Assembly (NCBI RefSeq): GCF_963921235.1
Contig: NC_086109.1
Coordinates: 32,366,001 to 32,430,000 of the forward strand
Length of the DNA: 64,000 bases
Origin: Mobula hypostoma
Taxonomy: Eukaryota
Reading direction: 5' to 3'
Part shown: in pieces, positions 37,259 through 51,074 of the stretch
How the letters are laid out: each line of letters begins with the position of its first letter
Numbering within the stretch: the stretch's first letter is position 1
Notes under the pieces: model-generated
Database searches by the model: none
The model's input: only the letters and a program-made list of their open reading frames with translations
What the model was told of the DNA's origin: nothing
Position numbers and translations under genes: made by a program

Positions 37259-39874
37259 GCTACAGTGCTCACTGGAGCAGAGAGCTCCAAAAGGGGAGCA
37301 CCGGCATCAAATCAGAATTGAACACTGCTGGACATCACTGACTGCTGAAACTACTTCGAGACAGGAGGCATTGTCTGTACACAGTGGCTTCACCAATATG
37401 TTTTCTTTCCCAAAGAATGAAACAGCCACACAGAGTGTATCCGAAAATATGCATCATGGATCTCAATTTCCCCATTCAGAATCTTAAGGGTTGAGGTTCC
37501 ATTCTCATGAAATCCTGCTTTACAGATCAAGCAGATGGTCACCTGCAGAGAATGGCCATCTGTTTGCCACTCCCTACTCAGCTGGTCTCCAACGTCCACT
37601 GCTGTATGTTGAAACACTGAAATTACCTGGAGGCAAAACGGTTTGCAGATGCTGAAATTGGCCTGCTGGGGCAACTCAGCAGATCAAGGAATTTTTGACA
37701 TTTCAGCAGGACTGAGAATTGAGAGGCAAGATGGCCTGTATAAAGCAGAAACAGGGAGTGGAGCAACAGTGGACCAAGGTGATTGGTGGACTGAGAAGAA
37801 TGGACGTCACTTGACCTTCCATGATGCTGATGGACGCAGGTTTACTTAAGAGTGCAGCCAGATCCACACTCTGTTCATGCCAGAGCCAGCCTCTCATTTG
37901 AAAAGGGCTGCCATTGCTGAGTATAAAGGTACAAATATTGCTGTGATGATTGTACGTTCTAGTATCAATCGTTTGGTGACAATAAAGTATAAAGTATAAT
38001 GCAAAATAAAAATAGCGCTTTTGAAATGATTCCTGTTGAAATATTACTCAACAGGACTCCATGTGGCAATGTCAACTAACATCCAGTTGTTGAATCTACA
38101 TCTTACTATTCTTAATAGAAGAGATCTGCAGAGAGATGAGAGGAGAAATATGAGAGATGCACCTGAGACATGCTGTCAGGCAAGGGCAGACATAGTAAAT
38201 GTTTGAGAGGAAACGTGGGCCTGAATATTTGGGCAGAGATATACTTGTAGGGGTCTATTTCGGAATCCTTGGGGAAGACTGGAAGCTGGAAGGGTGAAAC
38301 TGTAGAGGTTTATGAATGAGGGGAAGGATAGAGGCAAGGAATACAAAGGAGCACTGAGACAGGAGTTAGTTCCTAGCAACTGGTGAGGTGCTTGGAGCCA
38401 TTGAGGGAGAAGAGAGCCAACAACTTCAAGCAAAGTTTACAAAATCTATCTATTCATTTCCACAGATGCTGCCTGATCTACTGAGTTCCTCCAGCATCTG
38501 CAGACTTTCTCCTGTTTATGACCATCATGTTCATTTTCATATTCATAGAGCCCTACAGCATGGAAACAAGCCTGTGTGCCCACTTGCCAGCCATCAAACA
38601 CCCATTGACACTAATCCCATTTTAATTCAAGTACGTTAATAACAACTCTACCACACACCTGCAAACTTGAGGGGCACCTTAGGGTGGCCAATTAATCCAA
38701 TCTGCATGTGTTTGGGATATGGGAAGAAACCGGAGGACCCATAGGAAAGGCACAGGATTACAGGCAGTCGATGCAAATTCCACACCAACAGCAGAGGTCA
38801 GGTGTTGAACCCAGGTCACTGAGCTGAGAAGTCACAGCTTGAGTTTCACCAAGGGTTCGTGTTCTTGCTAACCCTGGAAGTAAATTTGAATACTCTGTTT
38901 TATTATGTTTAGCCTATGCGGCATTAAGACGCCAAACTTGTGAAAAACAAGCATAGCAGAAGCAGACACAAGGGCAGCACGACAGCAAAGCAGTTAGCGC
39001 AATCGCTTTACAGTGCCAGTGATCACTGGACAGTCTATTCCTGCCACTGTCTGCACATCATCTATCAGCATTTATGCCTGCTGACACAAGGGGGCAGAAT
39101 CTCACCACAATAGGAATTGTAAATGACCTTGTGAGGAAGAGAAATGGCAGTCAGCCTCCAGGACACTGACCCTGAATTGGAAAGCGTGTAGTACTAAGCA
39201 CTACTAGCATTTAGCCTTCTCATGATGGTCATGCCTACACTGAAATGATCTACAAAAGGCAGGCAGTAGCATGATGTACTTCATCTCCTGTACCAGGAAA
39301 GTGAAGGACATTCTGAGAGACCTCAGAGATTCCATGATGATGATAATTTCCTGTTCTGATTGCATAACACAAAGAGAACTCTCCCTACCAACATCAGCAA
39401 GGTCTTCCTGAAACCTCTCCTCCCAATGGTTAAAGAGCTGTTCCCCAGATTATTTGGTAATTATTTTTTTCCACTGGTCACCCCTTCCAGGAGAAATACA
39501 GAGAACACAGCAAACTACTATACGTGGCTATTTTTGCTCTGTCAATAAAAAGCTGCCCACAGAAATTTGCTACAACTCCTGACTCATGATGGTATGCAAG
39601 CTGACTCATGGAGCCACACTAGATCCAATGTCAGTGAAGACTGGTGCTAAACAAGGCTGAGACATTGCACAGGCACTTTTCTCAATTAACTTCACCGCAG
39701 CGCTGCCCCTCACCACCAACAAGTCTTCTGCTGTGGTGGCACCATTCTGCAGGACAACCAGGCAGCTGTTTAGTCTATGTTCCTTCCACCTCACAAGGAA
39801 AGTCACCATAACTTCAGGCACGGAGCTGCAGACAGGAATGGTGCCTGTGTATGCACGTACCTGGAGGTAATGCT

Positions 39875-40193
39875 CCAAAGTAAAGGCATCCGTTAGTCTT
39901 GTGAGACCATGGATCTGCACCTGGAAAGTCTTCACTCTCCAGGGCGCAGGCCTGGGCAAGGTTGTATGGAAGACCAGCAGTTGCCCATGCTGCAAGTCTC
40001 CCCTCTCCGTGACACCAATGTTGTCCAAGGGAAGAGCATTAGGGCCCATACAGCTTGGCACCGGTGTCGTCACAGAGCAATGTGTGATTAAGTGCCTTGC
40101 TCAAGGACACAACACGTTCCTGCGGCTGGGGCTTGAACTCATGACCTTCAGGTTGCTAGTCCAATGCCTTAACCACTTGGCCACGTGCCCACA
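39875..40193 (-). mobile_element. tRNA-derived CORE-type SINE
   Basis: Minus strand: A box TGGCCAAGTGG; B box GAGTTCAAGCCC; CORE-like TGTGTCCTTGAGCAAGGCACTTAA; tail ending CCTTTACTTT. Confidence 0.75.
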
Positions 40194-40406
40194 CTAATGC
40201 TCCAAATAATCACTAAATCACTCAACGTGCCAGCCAAGCCTTTAGCCTCCACGGCAAGGTTCACTTGAAGATCAAATCCTCAAACCCAGCACAAAGCCTC
40301 ATGATATTCTAAGCATTGTTCTGAGACACAGTCCATCAGGAACCTCAAAACACAGAAGAGGTTGCACTAACAGTTTATCCACAAAATCATCCAAGTCCAC
40401 AGGGAA

Positions 40407-40485
40407 CAGGGGTTCCCAACCTGGGGTCACAGGCCTTCTGCTTAATGGTATTGGTGCATGGCATGAGGAAGGTTGGGGACCCCTG
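40407..40485. mobile_element. 79-bp hAT-type MITE
   Basis: TIRs CAGGGGTTCCCAACCT / AGGTTGGGGACCCCTG; a related partial copy lies at ~32285-32362. Confidence 0.75.
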
Positions 40486-42658
40486 GTTGGGAAGGATAAA
40501 TGATCTGAAGTCAGTGTTATCTCCCAAAGCAGAGGCCGTAGTCAATTGGTTCTTATAAGCAGGACACATCACTCACAGGAGACTTCCACAACAGTCGCTA
40601 TTCTGAGCTACAGAAAAAAGCAGAAGAACTCAGCAGGTCGGACGGCATCTGGACTGGAAACATCAACCGTCCACTTCCCTCCACAGATACTGCCTGATCC
40701 ACTGAGTTCCTCCTGCACTTTGTATGTTGCTCCAGATTCCAACAACAGCAGTGTCTCTACTCTGAGCTGTTATCAGGGGATTACCAGGTGGACAGAGGCG
40801 AAGAATTAAAAATGTTCTCAAAGAAAGCCTCCTTGCAAGAAGTTTAACATCCCCATAGAAACCCCAAGTTAATGACCACTTTAAATGGAGAAGTGGCATT
40901 CATGGTACCACTGAGAATCCAGAATCCATCCATCTGGAACACACAGAAGCCTTGTGTAAGCATGCCTCCCATTACAACCACCCGGCACCCCCTACATCAA
41001 GCATCCCATCCCACATTGGCCTCATCAGCCACCACAGAACAAGAGATTAAATTATCTTCAATCTAGACGGACCGCCTAAGAAATAGCTTGCTGAAATAAA
41101 ATTCTATGGCTGATAGAGATCTGAAATAAAAACAGAAGATGCAGCAAATGCTTAGCAAGTGGGAGAGTATCCATGGAGATAGAAACAATGTTTCAGCTCA
41201 ATGGCCTGTCGTCAGAATGGGGAAAGCTACAGACAAACAAGCTTTAAGATGCAGAGAAAGTGTGAAGAGAACAAAGGCGGAAGTCCACAACAGGGTAGAA
41301 GGCAAAAGAGATTCAATTACAGACTTGATTTACTTGCAAGAGATGCCATCCTTCAGATGGAAGCATGTACACCATTTCCATTTCAATCCCGGGTGTGATG
41401 TACCTCAGACAGAGGGAAAGAAAATGACTGCTTCTCAAAATGTGTTGTTAGAATCCTCAGAACAGCCCGTCCTTTTTGTCTTTGGAAATGAAAGGAATCT
41501 GATGAAGCTGGAACAATCAAAACAGAACAATCTTTGTCTTTGCCAAATACTTCTAAGTGAGCGCATTTGCTTGAGCAGTTCCCTTCTACTGCACTTGGCA
41601 GCCAAAATCTCATGCTGCATGTGTCAGGAAACATAACACTTTGCATATGCTGTTAATCCCTTGGGAGAACATTTCAAACTGATTTGATCAAGCTTCAAAG
41701 TGTCTTGTTTAATTTTAACCAGTATTGTCTAATCCATCAAAAATGATAAACAATTTTCACACAATACACAGCCGTTCTCTTCCATCCCCACAAATATACC
41801 ATGAGCATTAGAGGTCAGCACTAATGTCTGTCATCCTGTGTTTTAGTAAGGACCAGGAACTCATCCCAGATCTGATGATATAGATATTGATATTGTAGCA
41901 CCATTTTGGGCCCATATAATGTAAAGTCTCTAATAAGCAATGTGGTAACAATTAACAAGTCCAGTTCTAATAGAGATAGAACTATTATATGAAGGAACCG
42001 AAAGAAAATGTGAACACAAGGGATTCCACACATGCTGTAAATCTAGAGCAAAACACACAAAATTCTGGAGGACATTGGCAGGTCAGGCAGCATCAATGAG
42101 GAGTAACAAACAGTCGAGTTTTGGGTCAAGTCTCTTCATCAGGACTGGAAAGAAGGAAGAAAGAAGCCGGAATAAGGTGTGGTGGGGAGGGGGTGAAGGA
42201 GTGCACGTAGTGGCGAGGAGCTAGGAACTGTTTTTAAAGTCATAAGTATGCAACTTCATTGTATTATTATTACTATCATAATTCTTTCATATCAGTAAAT
42301 TTCATCTCTCAAAGTCAAAACAGTGACTATCATGGGCACAGTTCCAGTGATATTGCAGGAAGAGCAGAGGTATACAAGTAATGCTTATATACCACAAAAT
42401 TCACTGATCTAAATTTTTTGACATGAACCATAAAGATAAAGCATACTTGAAGGATATGGAAAGTTAACAGCCTTTTCTCACAGTGCACTTACACATGGTA
42501 GATTTATCATTCTTGGTAATTAAACCCAATAGTGCCCAGCAATATCAGTTGTCTGATTGAAATCACTGATGCTGTTAACTGTTAAATGACAAGAGCAAAG
42601 GACTGTACTTCTTGACTTACTGGGGTATTCTAATTAACTAATGGTAAGTTTAAATTAA

Positions 42659-43157
42659 CGCAAACACGAGGAATTCTGCAGATGCTGGAAATTCAAGCAA
42701 CACACATCAAAGTTGCTGGTGAACGCAGCAGACCAGGCAGCATCCTTCCGCTAATGCCCACCTCCTCCTCGTACCCCATCCGTTATTTGTTTATATACAA
42801 ACATTCTCTCTCTCTCTCTCTCTCCCCCCGCCTTTTTCTCCCTCTATCCCTCTGACTATACCCCTTGCCCATCCTCTGGGTTTCCCCCCCACTCCCCCTT
42901 TTTCTTCTCCCTGGGCCTCCTGTCCCATGATCCTCTCATATCCCTTCCGCCAATCACCTGTCCAGCTCATGGCTCCATCCCCTCCCCTCCTGTCTTCTCC
43001 TATCATTTTGGATCTCCCCCTCCCCCTCTCAAATCTCTTACTGGCTCTTCCTTCAGTTAGTCCTGACGAAGGGTCTCAGCCTGAAACGTCGACTGTACCT
43101 CTTCCTAGAGATGCTGCCTGGCCTGCTGCGTTCACCAGCAACTTTGATGTGTGTTGC
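42659..43157 (+). mobile_element. Penelope-type insertion with inverted terminal segment, hammerhead motif and 15-bp target duplication
   Basis: GTAAGTTTAAATTAA at 42644-42658 and 43158-43172; ~48-bp inverted repeat (42697-42744 vs 43110-43157). Confidence 0.78.
43058..43095 (+). ncRNA. Minimal type-I hammerhead ribozyme motif
   Basis: TAGTC-CTGACGA-AGGGTCTCAGCCT-GAAAC-GTC-GACTG. Confidence 0.65.
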
Positions 43158-45018
43158 GTAAGTTTAAATTAAATGTTTTTTTTGGTAACTAAGTTCAATG
43201 AGGTGATGGGTGGAAAAGGTAAGGGCTGAAGAAGTAGGAATCGAATTGGAGAGGGCAGTGGACCACGGAAGAAAGGAGAAGAGCAGAGCCAAAGGAAGGT
43301 GATGGGCAAGTGAAGAGAAGGGATGAGAGGGTAACCAGAATGGGCAATTAAAAGAGAAGGAGGGAGAGAAGAGAAGTTACTATGGAAGAGTTTTTTTTAA
43401 TCTTTTCTGGTTACCTATTTATGCCAAGCCTGCTCCATTACAATGAAGCTCAAACTCCAATATCAAAGACACCTCAAGATCCTCTATTCTGCTTTGGGTG
43501 ACATGAAGAATGTGACCAAGCATGAGAGGTCAGCTTTAATGACTAAACAACCAACCTGAACCAATCCTGGCCTGTGAGCACAACAAATGTGCATTTGACC
43601 CAAAATAAGTGAACCCTATGTGTCCAACTTTTAAAAGCAGATCACCAAACTTTCATTGCTACTACATTTATTTCTACATAATTGGTGGCTGCTGGCTCTG
43701 CTCGGCTTCAGTCCAAGGACATAGACCTACTGTGCATTCCAAACCACTCAATCTCATAGTCAGGTCTCATGGTTTGGGTCAAGTAACAGGACTCAACCAG
43801 CCACCTTCTGTCAAAAGAGACCCTTCTTAACCTGGTGCAATATCACAAGAAATGACATAAGTTGCTGTGGCACTCTTGAGGAGATGGGCTTCACAGTCTA
43901 ACAGACTACCTTCTTCCCCGAAGGCCAATCAGGAAGGTTTACAGGTTATTCACCCACATCCTTGACCCTTCTCGTCTCTACAAAAACAATCTTTTGGAGC
44001 AGCCCCTGCTCTCAAAGCTGCCTCCATGATAATCACACAACCACCTCAGAACAGCTGTTTCCTGCACTCTCCTATCCTCCCCCAGCTGACCTCCCAGCCC
44101 CTAACCTAACACACTCTGCCAGAGATGATAACCCTCCTTCTGTCCCGACAAGCACAACACAATATACCCCTGCTCGAGATCCCAGCATCCACCCAGCTAA
44201 ATGCTGCCCTCCAACGATCCTCAGCCCCCAATAAAACCGCCGCCCACTGGCTTTATTAGGCTGGCTGCAGGAAAGGTCGGCCAAGCCATAGACGTGTCCG
44301 TACAGGTTCTGTGAAGAATGCCTTGGTTAAAGCTACTGAAGTTAGGGCAGTGATGAAAGATTAGTTGGCTCGCGGCACTTCCATTGCCTCAGTGGTTGGG
44401 TGCATTGCAGTTTCTACTGATCTGCCCATGGAGTTCTCTTTTCGTAAACAACTATCTCAATCAGCACTACTGGGTTTGACATGTCAGTACCTGAAAAACT
44501 GCAGATCCTTGAAGGGCAGGGAGGGAAATGTTAGCAATTGCTGATACACAAATAAGACTTATTTTTTTAAAAAAGCAAACACATTAACAGAGAAGCAGTT
44601 TCCTGGCAGCAACCTCTTTACCCTAGAAGGGAGCATTTTCCATCAATATCTGCCTTGTGCTGGAGATTACAGTATCAGGCTGACAAATGCCAACCTACTG
44701 TTGCCTAAATACTTGGTCGCTAATGCAGAATCATTAGTGATTTGTGATTACAGCAACGTACCATTCCTTCCCATTATGTAACTCAGCAGCTATGAGTAAC
44801 CGATTGATCCACAGCAGGCATGGCTCTGCTTCTACCTACTGAATCACATTCACTTAAATCATTTGCTTGTGTAGAGACTTATTTATCACAAGTACCCCAA
44901 AACATAACTCGGCCGTGGACAGTCCCAAGCCCGGCTGAGAGAGGAGTGGGGTTCGGCATGGGATTAGCCCATCCCAGAAAAGCCCAGTGCAACAGAAATA
45001 CCCATGGAAGCTCTAGAA

Positions 45019-45352
45019 CAGTGGTCCCCAAACTCCGGGCCGTGGACCAATACATTGCCGCGAAGAATGCAGTGGTGCAGCGATAGCCGGAACGCACCCA
45101 GCACATCTTTAAGAGGCTGAAATAAACAAGCTGATTAATTAGGTGCCGCTCGGCACGTAAATGTCTGCCAAGATCCGAGGCTACGCAATTGGCAATCGCC
45201 TCTGATCTGGGCCGACATTTACATGCCGAGCGGCACCTAATTAATTAGCTTGTTTATTTTGGCTTTTTTCTTAAAGATGAGCTGAGTGCGTCCCGGCTAC
45301 CACTGCACCACTGCATTCTTCACGGCCCGGTATCAGTCCGCGGCCCGGAGTG
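45019..45352. mobile_element. Palindromic hAT/Charlie-type MITE
   Basis: Left TIR CAGTGGTCCCCAAACT; nearly the whole element is one inverted repeat; NTCTAGAN flanks. Confidence 0.8.
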
Positions 45353-45749
45353 TTCTAGAGACCTCATTCCTGGGAGAGGAGGGATCTTCGATGGGCTACA
45401 GCTGGGGATAGCTTGAAGGTCTGGCCCAGGATGGGGAACTCTGGCGAGCTGCTCTCAGTAATCTATTCCCTAGTCGGGGTGATGAACTTAAGTACATTGA
45501 AACACACAGTGAAATGTATCACTTGCATTAAAACCACCACACCCGGGGGCAGCACGGAAGTGTCGCCAAACTATCCCGGATTGTTAGTGCACCCACAGTG
45601 CTCTTCAGAATAACACCAAACAACAACAAGCCCCTTTCCTCCCTCTCACCCATCCACACCAACGTTAAAACCACCGGAGTACACGTACCACCAAAGGGGA
45701 GAAACACATTCAAACAGAATGTGAGCAAAGCAAAGCTGAAGGAACACAG

Positions 45750-47765
45750 AACGTTGAGCTTGAAATGAGTTAGAGGCACAGTAACTTAGGGTCATGTAGA
45801 TCAAAATTATATTGGTACGTACTGATGGAAATCAAAAAGTTATTAAAAAGGTTCATAAGAAATCAGGGGAAAAAAGCAATTGCAGAGACTCTGAATACAA
45901 TAGTTTAATCTTCATTGACTACAGGAATGGTACCAGGGGACTGTTATTCTAACTGTACCATTGTTCAAAAAGGGAAGAGATAAACCAGTTTAATAACCTC
46001 ATTGGTGCACAGGGTATTGGATTCAGTTCTCTGGAGCAGTGAAAACATTAGACATGCTTCTGTAAAGACATAAATTAATCAAGGACATTCAGCACAGATT
46101 TATTATGAAAAGATCACTTCTGACAGCTTGATTGAATTTAACAAGGAGGATCAATGAGGTCAGTATGCTGGATGTAATCTGCATGGATTTTAGCAAGACT
46201 TTGTAAAGGACCCTTCTGTTTCTGACCAAGTGGGTTTTTAAAGAAAAAAGTAAAAGCCCACAGAATCTAAGGGAAAGTTTCAAGACTGTCTCAGTGGCAG
46301 GTAGCAAAGGTTGATGCAGCTTTACCGACAGAACATGGTGATTAGTCCCTTTCTTTCTCTTGCATTTATTAATTACATAGATTTGTACGCATGAAGCATA
46401 ATAAAGTTAGTAGATCATACAAAAATTGGGTCTGTGATGACAATTATAAGGAAACTTTAATTTGTAGGAAGATATTGATAGTCTGATCAGGCGGGCAGAA
46501 AACTATGTCTGGGCCTGGTGTCCACAAATATATTCACAGCCTGGTATAGGAACACCAATGCCCTTGAACAGAAAAACAGACAAAAAGTAGTGAAAGCAGC
46601 CTGGTCCATCACAGGTAAATCTCTCCCAGCAACTGAGCACATTTATGAAAAATACTGTCGCAGGAAAGCAGCAACCATCAAGGACCCAAACCATCCAAGC
46701 CATGTTCTCTTCTCACTGCTGTATTCAGGAAAGTGATACAGGAGCTTCAGAACCCACACCTCCAGGATCAGGGACAGTTATTACCCTTCAACCATAAGGC
46801 TTGAACAAGAGGGAATAACTTCACTCACCCCAACACTGAACTGAATCCACAATCTGTGGACTCACTATAAAGGACTCTATAACTCACATTCTTGATATTT
46901 ATTGCTTATTTATTTTTTATTATTTCCTTTTTTGTCTTTTGCACATTAGTTGTTTGTCCATATCTATCAGGGGCAGATTTTCTTTGATTCCATTGTGTTT
47001 CTTTGTATCTACTGAGAGTACCCACAAGAAAGTGAAACTCAGGGTAATATATGTTGATGTATATGTACTTTGATAATAAATTTACTTTGAACTGTGTGAG
47101 GTAATATATTTGGGTGGTCTACTAGGCAAGGAAAGATACTGGGAGGATATTAGGCGGTGAAGAATGAAAGTTTTCAGGTCATTAAAGATATTGGGAAAAA
47201 GTTAAAATTGTTAAAAGGGCATATACAAGTTGCTTTCCTGTTTGTCAATGCACAGAATAGAAACGTCAAGGAGCTTATGCTAAATAGAAGTTAAGCCCCT
47301 GTGCAAAAGTACCGTGTACAGTTCCGATCACCACATAATGAGAAAGATATGATTGCCAAGAAGGTGCAGAGGGAATTTACAGGAAATTTGCCAGAACTGG
47401 ACAATAGTAGTCATGTGGATAAAATGGGTAAGTTAAGGTTAATTTTGTTGTATTAGAGAAGGCTAAGGATCTGCAACATTGAATGTCAAGAGGGTCACGG
47501 AAAGAATAAATAGGAAGAGCTAATTAACTCTTAGCAGAAGAGAGAAACACAAGAGAGCATTGAATGAAGGCAACTGGTAGAATTATTAAAGAGGAAATGA
47601 GGAAAAAAAAGTTGTCACCATAAGAATATTGAAACTCTGGATTCATAGCCTGAAAGATTCAGAGTTGCAGGAATGTACATTACATATAAACTGTATTTGG
47701 ATGTATACCTAGAGCACAAACAGGTCTAAACATGTGTTGAAGATGGGAGTCAGATGGATAGATCA
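45750..47765 (+). mobile_element. Old CR1 remnant interrupted by a Rex-type 3' fragment (~46503-47092)
   Basis: Degenerate CR1 RT sequence on both sides; ORF 46518 contains IKDPNHPSHVLFSLL. Confidence 0.65.
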
Positions 47766-48280
47766 TATTGCTAACGGAGTGGCTCTCTTCGTCATATATT
47801 TTTTTAGGATTTTTCATATTAACTGAGGTCAGCATATTAAGGAAGTAGAGATCATCCCTAATGTGCTGCGTTCATTGCATGTTACGGAAACTATACCGCA
47901 GCGGACAAGGCTTTACAACGGGTAGTCAAAACTACCAGTTGCACCACCGGCACCAGCCTACCCACTGTTTAGGACGTATAGAGAAAGGTGCTGGAAAATG
48001 GTCCGTAGTATCATGAAGGATCCCATAGACTGTATGTCCAACCCCCATCAGGGAGGAGACAAAGTAGTATTCATACTAGGACCACCAAACTCAAAAACAG
48101 TTACCTTCCCCAAGCAGCGAGGCTGATCAACACCTCCACCTACTAACCCACCCCACCACACCACCCACAACCACTACTTTATAATTTTCCTGTCAGTCTC
48201 TATATGTACCGACACTCCTGTACCTAGCATCATTTAGGGACAAACAATGCACGTAAACTATTTTATAATGGCATACATGC

Positions 48281-48282
<2 letters not shown>

Positions 48283-48321
<39 letters not shown>

Positions 48322-48345
48322 ATATATATATACACACACACATAT

Positions 48346-48434
<89 letters not shown>

Positions 48435-48486
48435 TATATACACACACACACATATATACACACACATATATACACACACACACACA

Positions 48487-48517
<31 letters not shown>

Positions 48518-48527
48518 CCCCCCCCCA
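48283..48527. repeat. Compound (TG)n-(TA)n-(CA/TA)n microsatellite
   Basis: Directly visible; explains the HT/CV-repeat ORFs. Confidence 0.95.
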
Positions 48528-48758
48528 GAGACTTCGGGACGAAAGGTCCCGAGTTCGAATCCAGCTGGCTCCCCTGCACGCTTTCCATCCGTGCTGGGTT
48601 ACGAGCTGGTTATCTCTTTGGAAACTCACCCGGCAGAAGGCAATGGCAAACCACTGCTGTAACTTGCCTCGTACGCGGTTCCCCACTACGTCAGAAAGGC
48701 GTAGAGGGAAATCGTCCGTTAACCGGAGAAACTCCAGATGCGACGTACCTTTCCTTTA
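48528..48758 (+). mobile_element. 5'-truncated tRNA-derived SINE with RTE-related body
   Basis: B box GAGTTCGAATCC; motif AGAAGGCAATGGCAAACCACT typical of RTE/BovB-related elements; CpG-rich; CCTTT tail. Confidence 0.6.
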
Positions 48759-48832
48759 TCATATTGTGTATTTTTTGTGGTGCATCAGATCCAGAGTAAC
48801 AGTTATTTTGTTCCCCTTTACAGTTGTGTACT

Positions 48833-49182
48833 CCGGCAAGAGGACCACAACCTCTATGTGGTTTGGGGGCTTGCGTGCCTCAATGACCCGGACCGGAGAG
48901 CTATGCTGGCTGGAGTCAGCGCCTCGTGCTTCGGCTCTTGGCATGGTCACCCATGTCAAACAGGTCAAAGTGTAGAAGCCAGACTAAGAGTGGAAACTGG
49001 TCCTCCAGGTTTGGGGGTTCAGCTCAGGACTGACTGGTCAGACAAAACTGTTACAGAAACAACAATGAAGAGTCCTTCTGCATCTATGTGTGACAGTATG
49101 AGGATGGCCAGGGACAGACAGAAATGGAGGACTTTCATTGCTGCCCTAAATGTCAGCAGGCGTAACAGGAAGTAAGCAAGTA
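48833..49182 (+). mobile_element. Bipartite non-autonomous RTE element (5' end fused to 3' end)
   Basis: RTE/Expander-like 5' UTR joined to the RTE C-terminus MARDRQKWRTFIAAL; (AAGT)n tail. Confidence 0.6.
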
Positions 49183-51074
49183 CACTTGTATACTGGAAAT
49201 GACATTGAACAATCCTGAATCAGATTTTTAAAATACATTACTAATAGGAACAATCCTCAGAGTAGGAAGGAACTATCTTATACCAGAAAAGTCTGCAAGT
49301 GCTTAATAAATTACCTCAGTTTAACATGGGAAATGGGGATGAGAGAAGATTTTGGTATAATATGGAAGAAAAGCAAACAATATAAAAATATAAATATTTA
49401 AATATTTAAAATGGATCAACGTAGAAAAATCTACATAAATCTTTGGAAATAGGAATTATGCCAAAGAACAGGGTGGCAGCAAGTGTTGTAGCTATGAAAG
49501 GGTAATGTTAATATAGAAATCATAGGTAAGCTTTCAAACCTCATAATCTGTAATAGAAAAAGTCAAAATCCTAAAAGACAAATTAATTAGCAATAATCTG
49601 GATTTGTAAAAAAAAAACACACAATCATATAATTAACAGCACTTTTGGGGAAAAGCAAAGCAAGGATGTTGTTTATTGATGGATTTTCAGTAGTTTGACA
49701 AAGTGCCAGAGAGATGGTGAGAAAATCCTAAGAATGGCACTAAATGAAGAAGTGTGGGTTACAAAACAGAAAGAACTGGAATGAATTGTTGTCCATGTAG
49801 AATCTTGGTGTGCCACAGAGATATAATTACTTGCCACAAGTTGCTTCACAGCAGTCTTATCATACTTGAAGTACAAAGGGACATTGGCCCATACAACGGC
49901 ATTGTCTCACTGATAACCATCTTCCTGCCTTCATGTTTAAACACATGCCCAAGAGTACTGAAATGGAGATTATGTAAGATGCTAAATAAGGAGCTTGGCA
50001 AAGTGTGTGGAAAATAGAGGAGGCTACTGGCTGATCAGAGACTGTTGTTTCTAAACATGAAATGTACAGCACAGATCTTCCACTGTGAATAAGAGGTTTG
50101 CATTCTGCTTCTTGCCACTTGAATGCTTTGCTGCGCATCAAAATGAATTTAAAAGTACTTACTCCAGCTGTCTCTTTTACTCAGTGTTTGCCAGATGTTG
50201 GGGTACTTGATTCTCAACATTTGATTATAATATCAACTCAGGCATCATTTCCAACTTTTACAATCATGCAGGTGGTTACAGACATAACTTCATACAAATA
50301 ACTCCCAGTGGGTCCAATTTCTAACACTAGGAAATTAGGGAAGTGAAAGAAAACATTAAGCATTATATTGAGTTTATGACCCATTTTTAACTCATTTCCA
50401 TGTGGCAGGAAGCGAAGTCCACAACTAGAACTCACTTCCCAATTCTGCTTCACAACCAGACAGTACTTGTTACAATCCACAGGAACATTTATGCCATTCA
50501 CTGCTTTTGAATTTTCCAATAATTAAGGAAGTTTCAGTTGCAAAATAAAAGCTTGAAAACAAAGTGGCAGACTCTATAGTCAGAAATTAGTAATTGAAGA
50601 AATGGACTTGAAAATTAATTTGCAGATTAAAGATCAAAATGCCAAAAGAACATTGATAACTGCAACTTTTGAGAGGAATAGCATACCAGTGAATAATACC
50701 ACCTCTATTAGTGATGCAGAGATACATAATGTATATCCTTACCAGGTCTGCTGGAATCCATTCATGACAGACCACACAAATGAGTCTGTGAATGTTAGTT
50801 GGGGTGGAGTCTTACTGGTCACCCAAGCAGCATGCCCCTGGATGGAGTCTTCCACCGGGAGGCCAGCTGATCAGAGAGATCCTCTGTAGCAGAGTCCTCT
50901 CCTGTCCCGAGGATGGCTTAGACAGCTACGACACTGCTTCGAGTGACTGGCTGTCAAAACTATTATTTAATTTCTACATGTGGGAAAACATCACATACAG
51001 AGCGATCAAACTGTCCAACACTTTTCACAGGAAGCAAAATGATTTTTTTTTTTAAGTTTTTCCTCAGAAGATCT

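Noticed and set aside
48193..48975. Long HT/CV-rich ORFs (up to 242 aa)
   Set aside because: Translations of the dinucleotide microsatellite.
50740..50910. Exon-like segment with a GTAAGG donor on the minus strand
   Set aside because: No p38 similarity, and exons 2 and 3 already join in frame.
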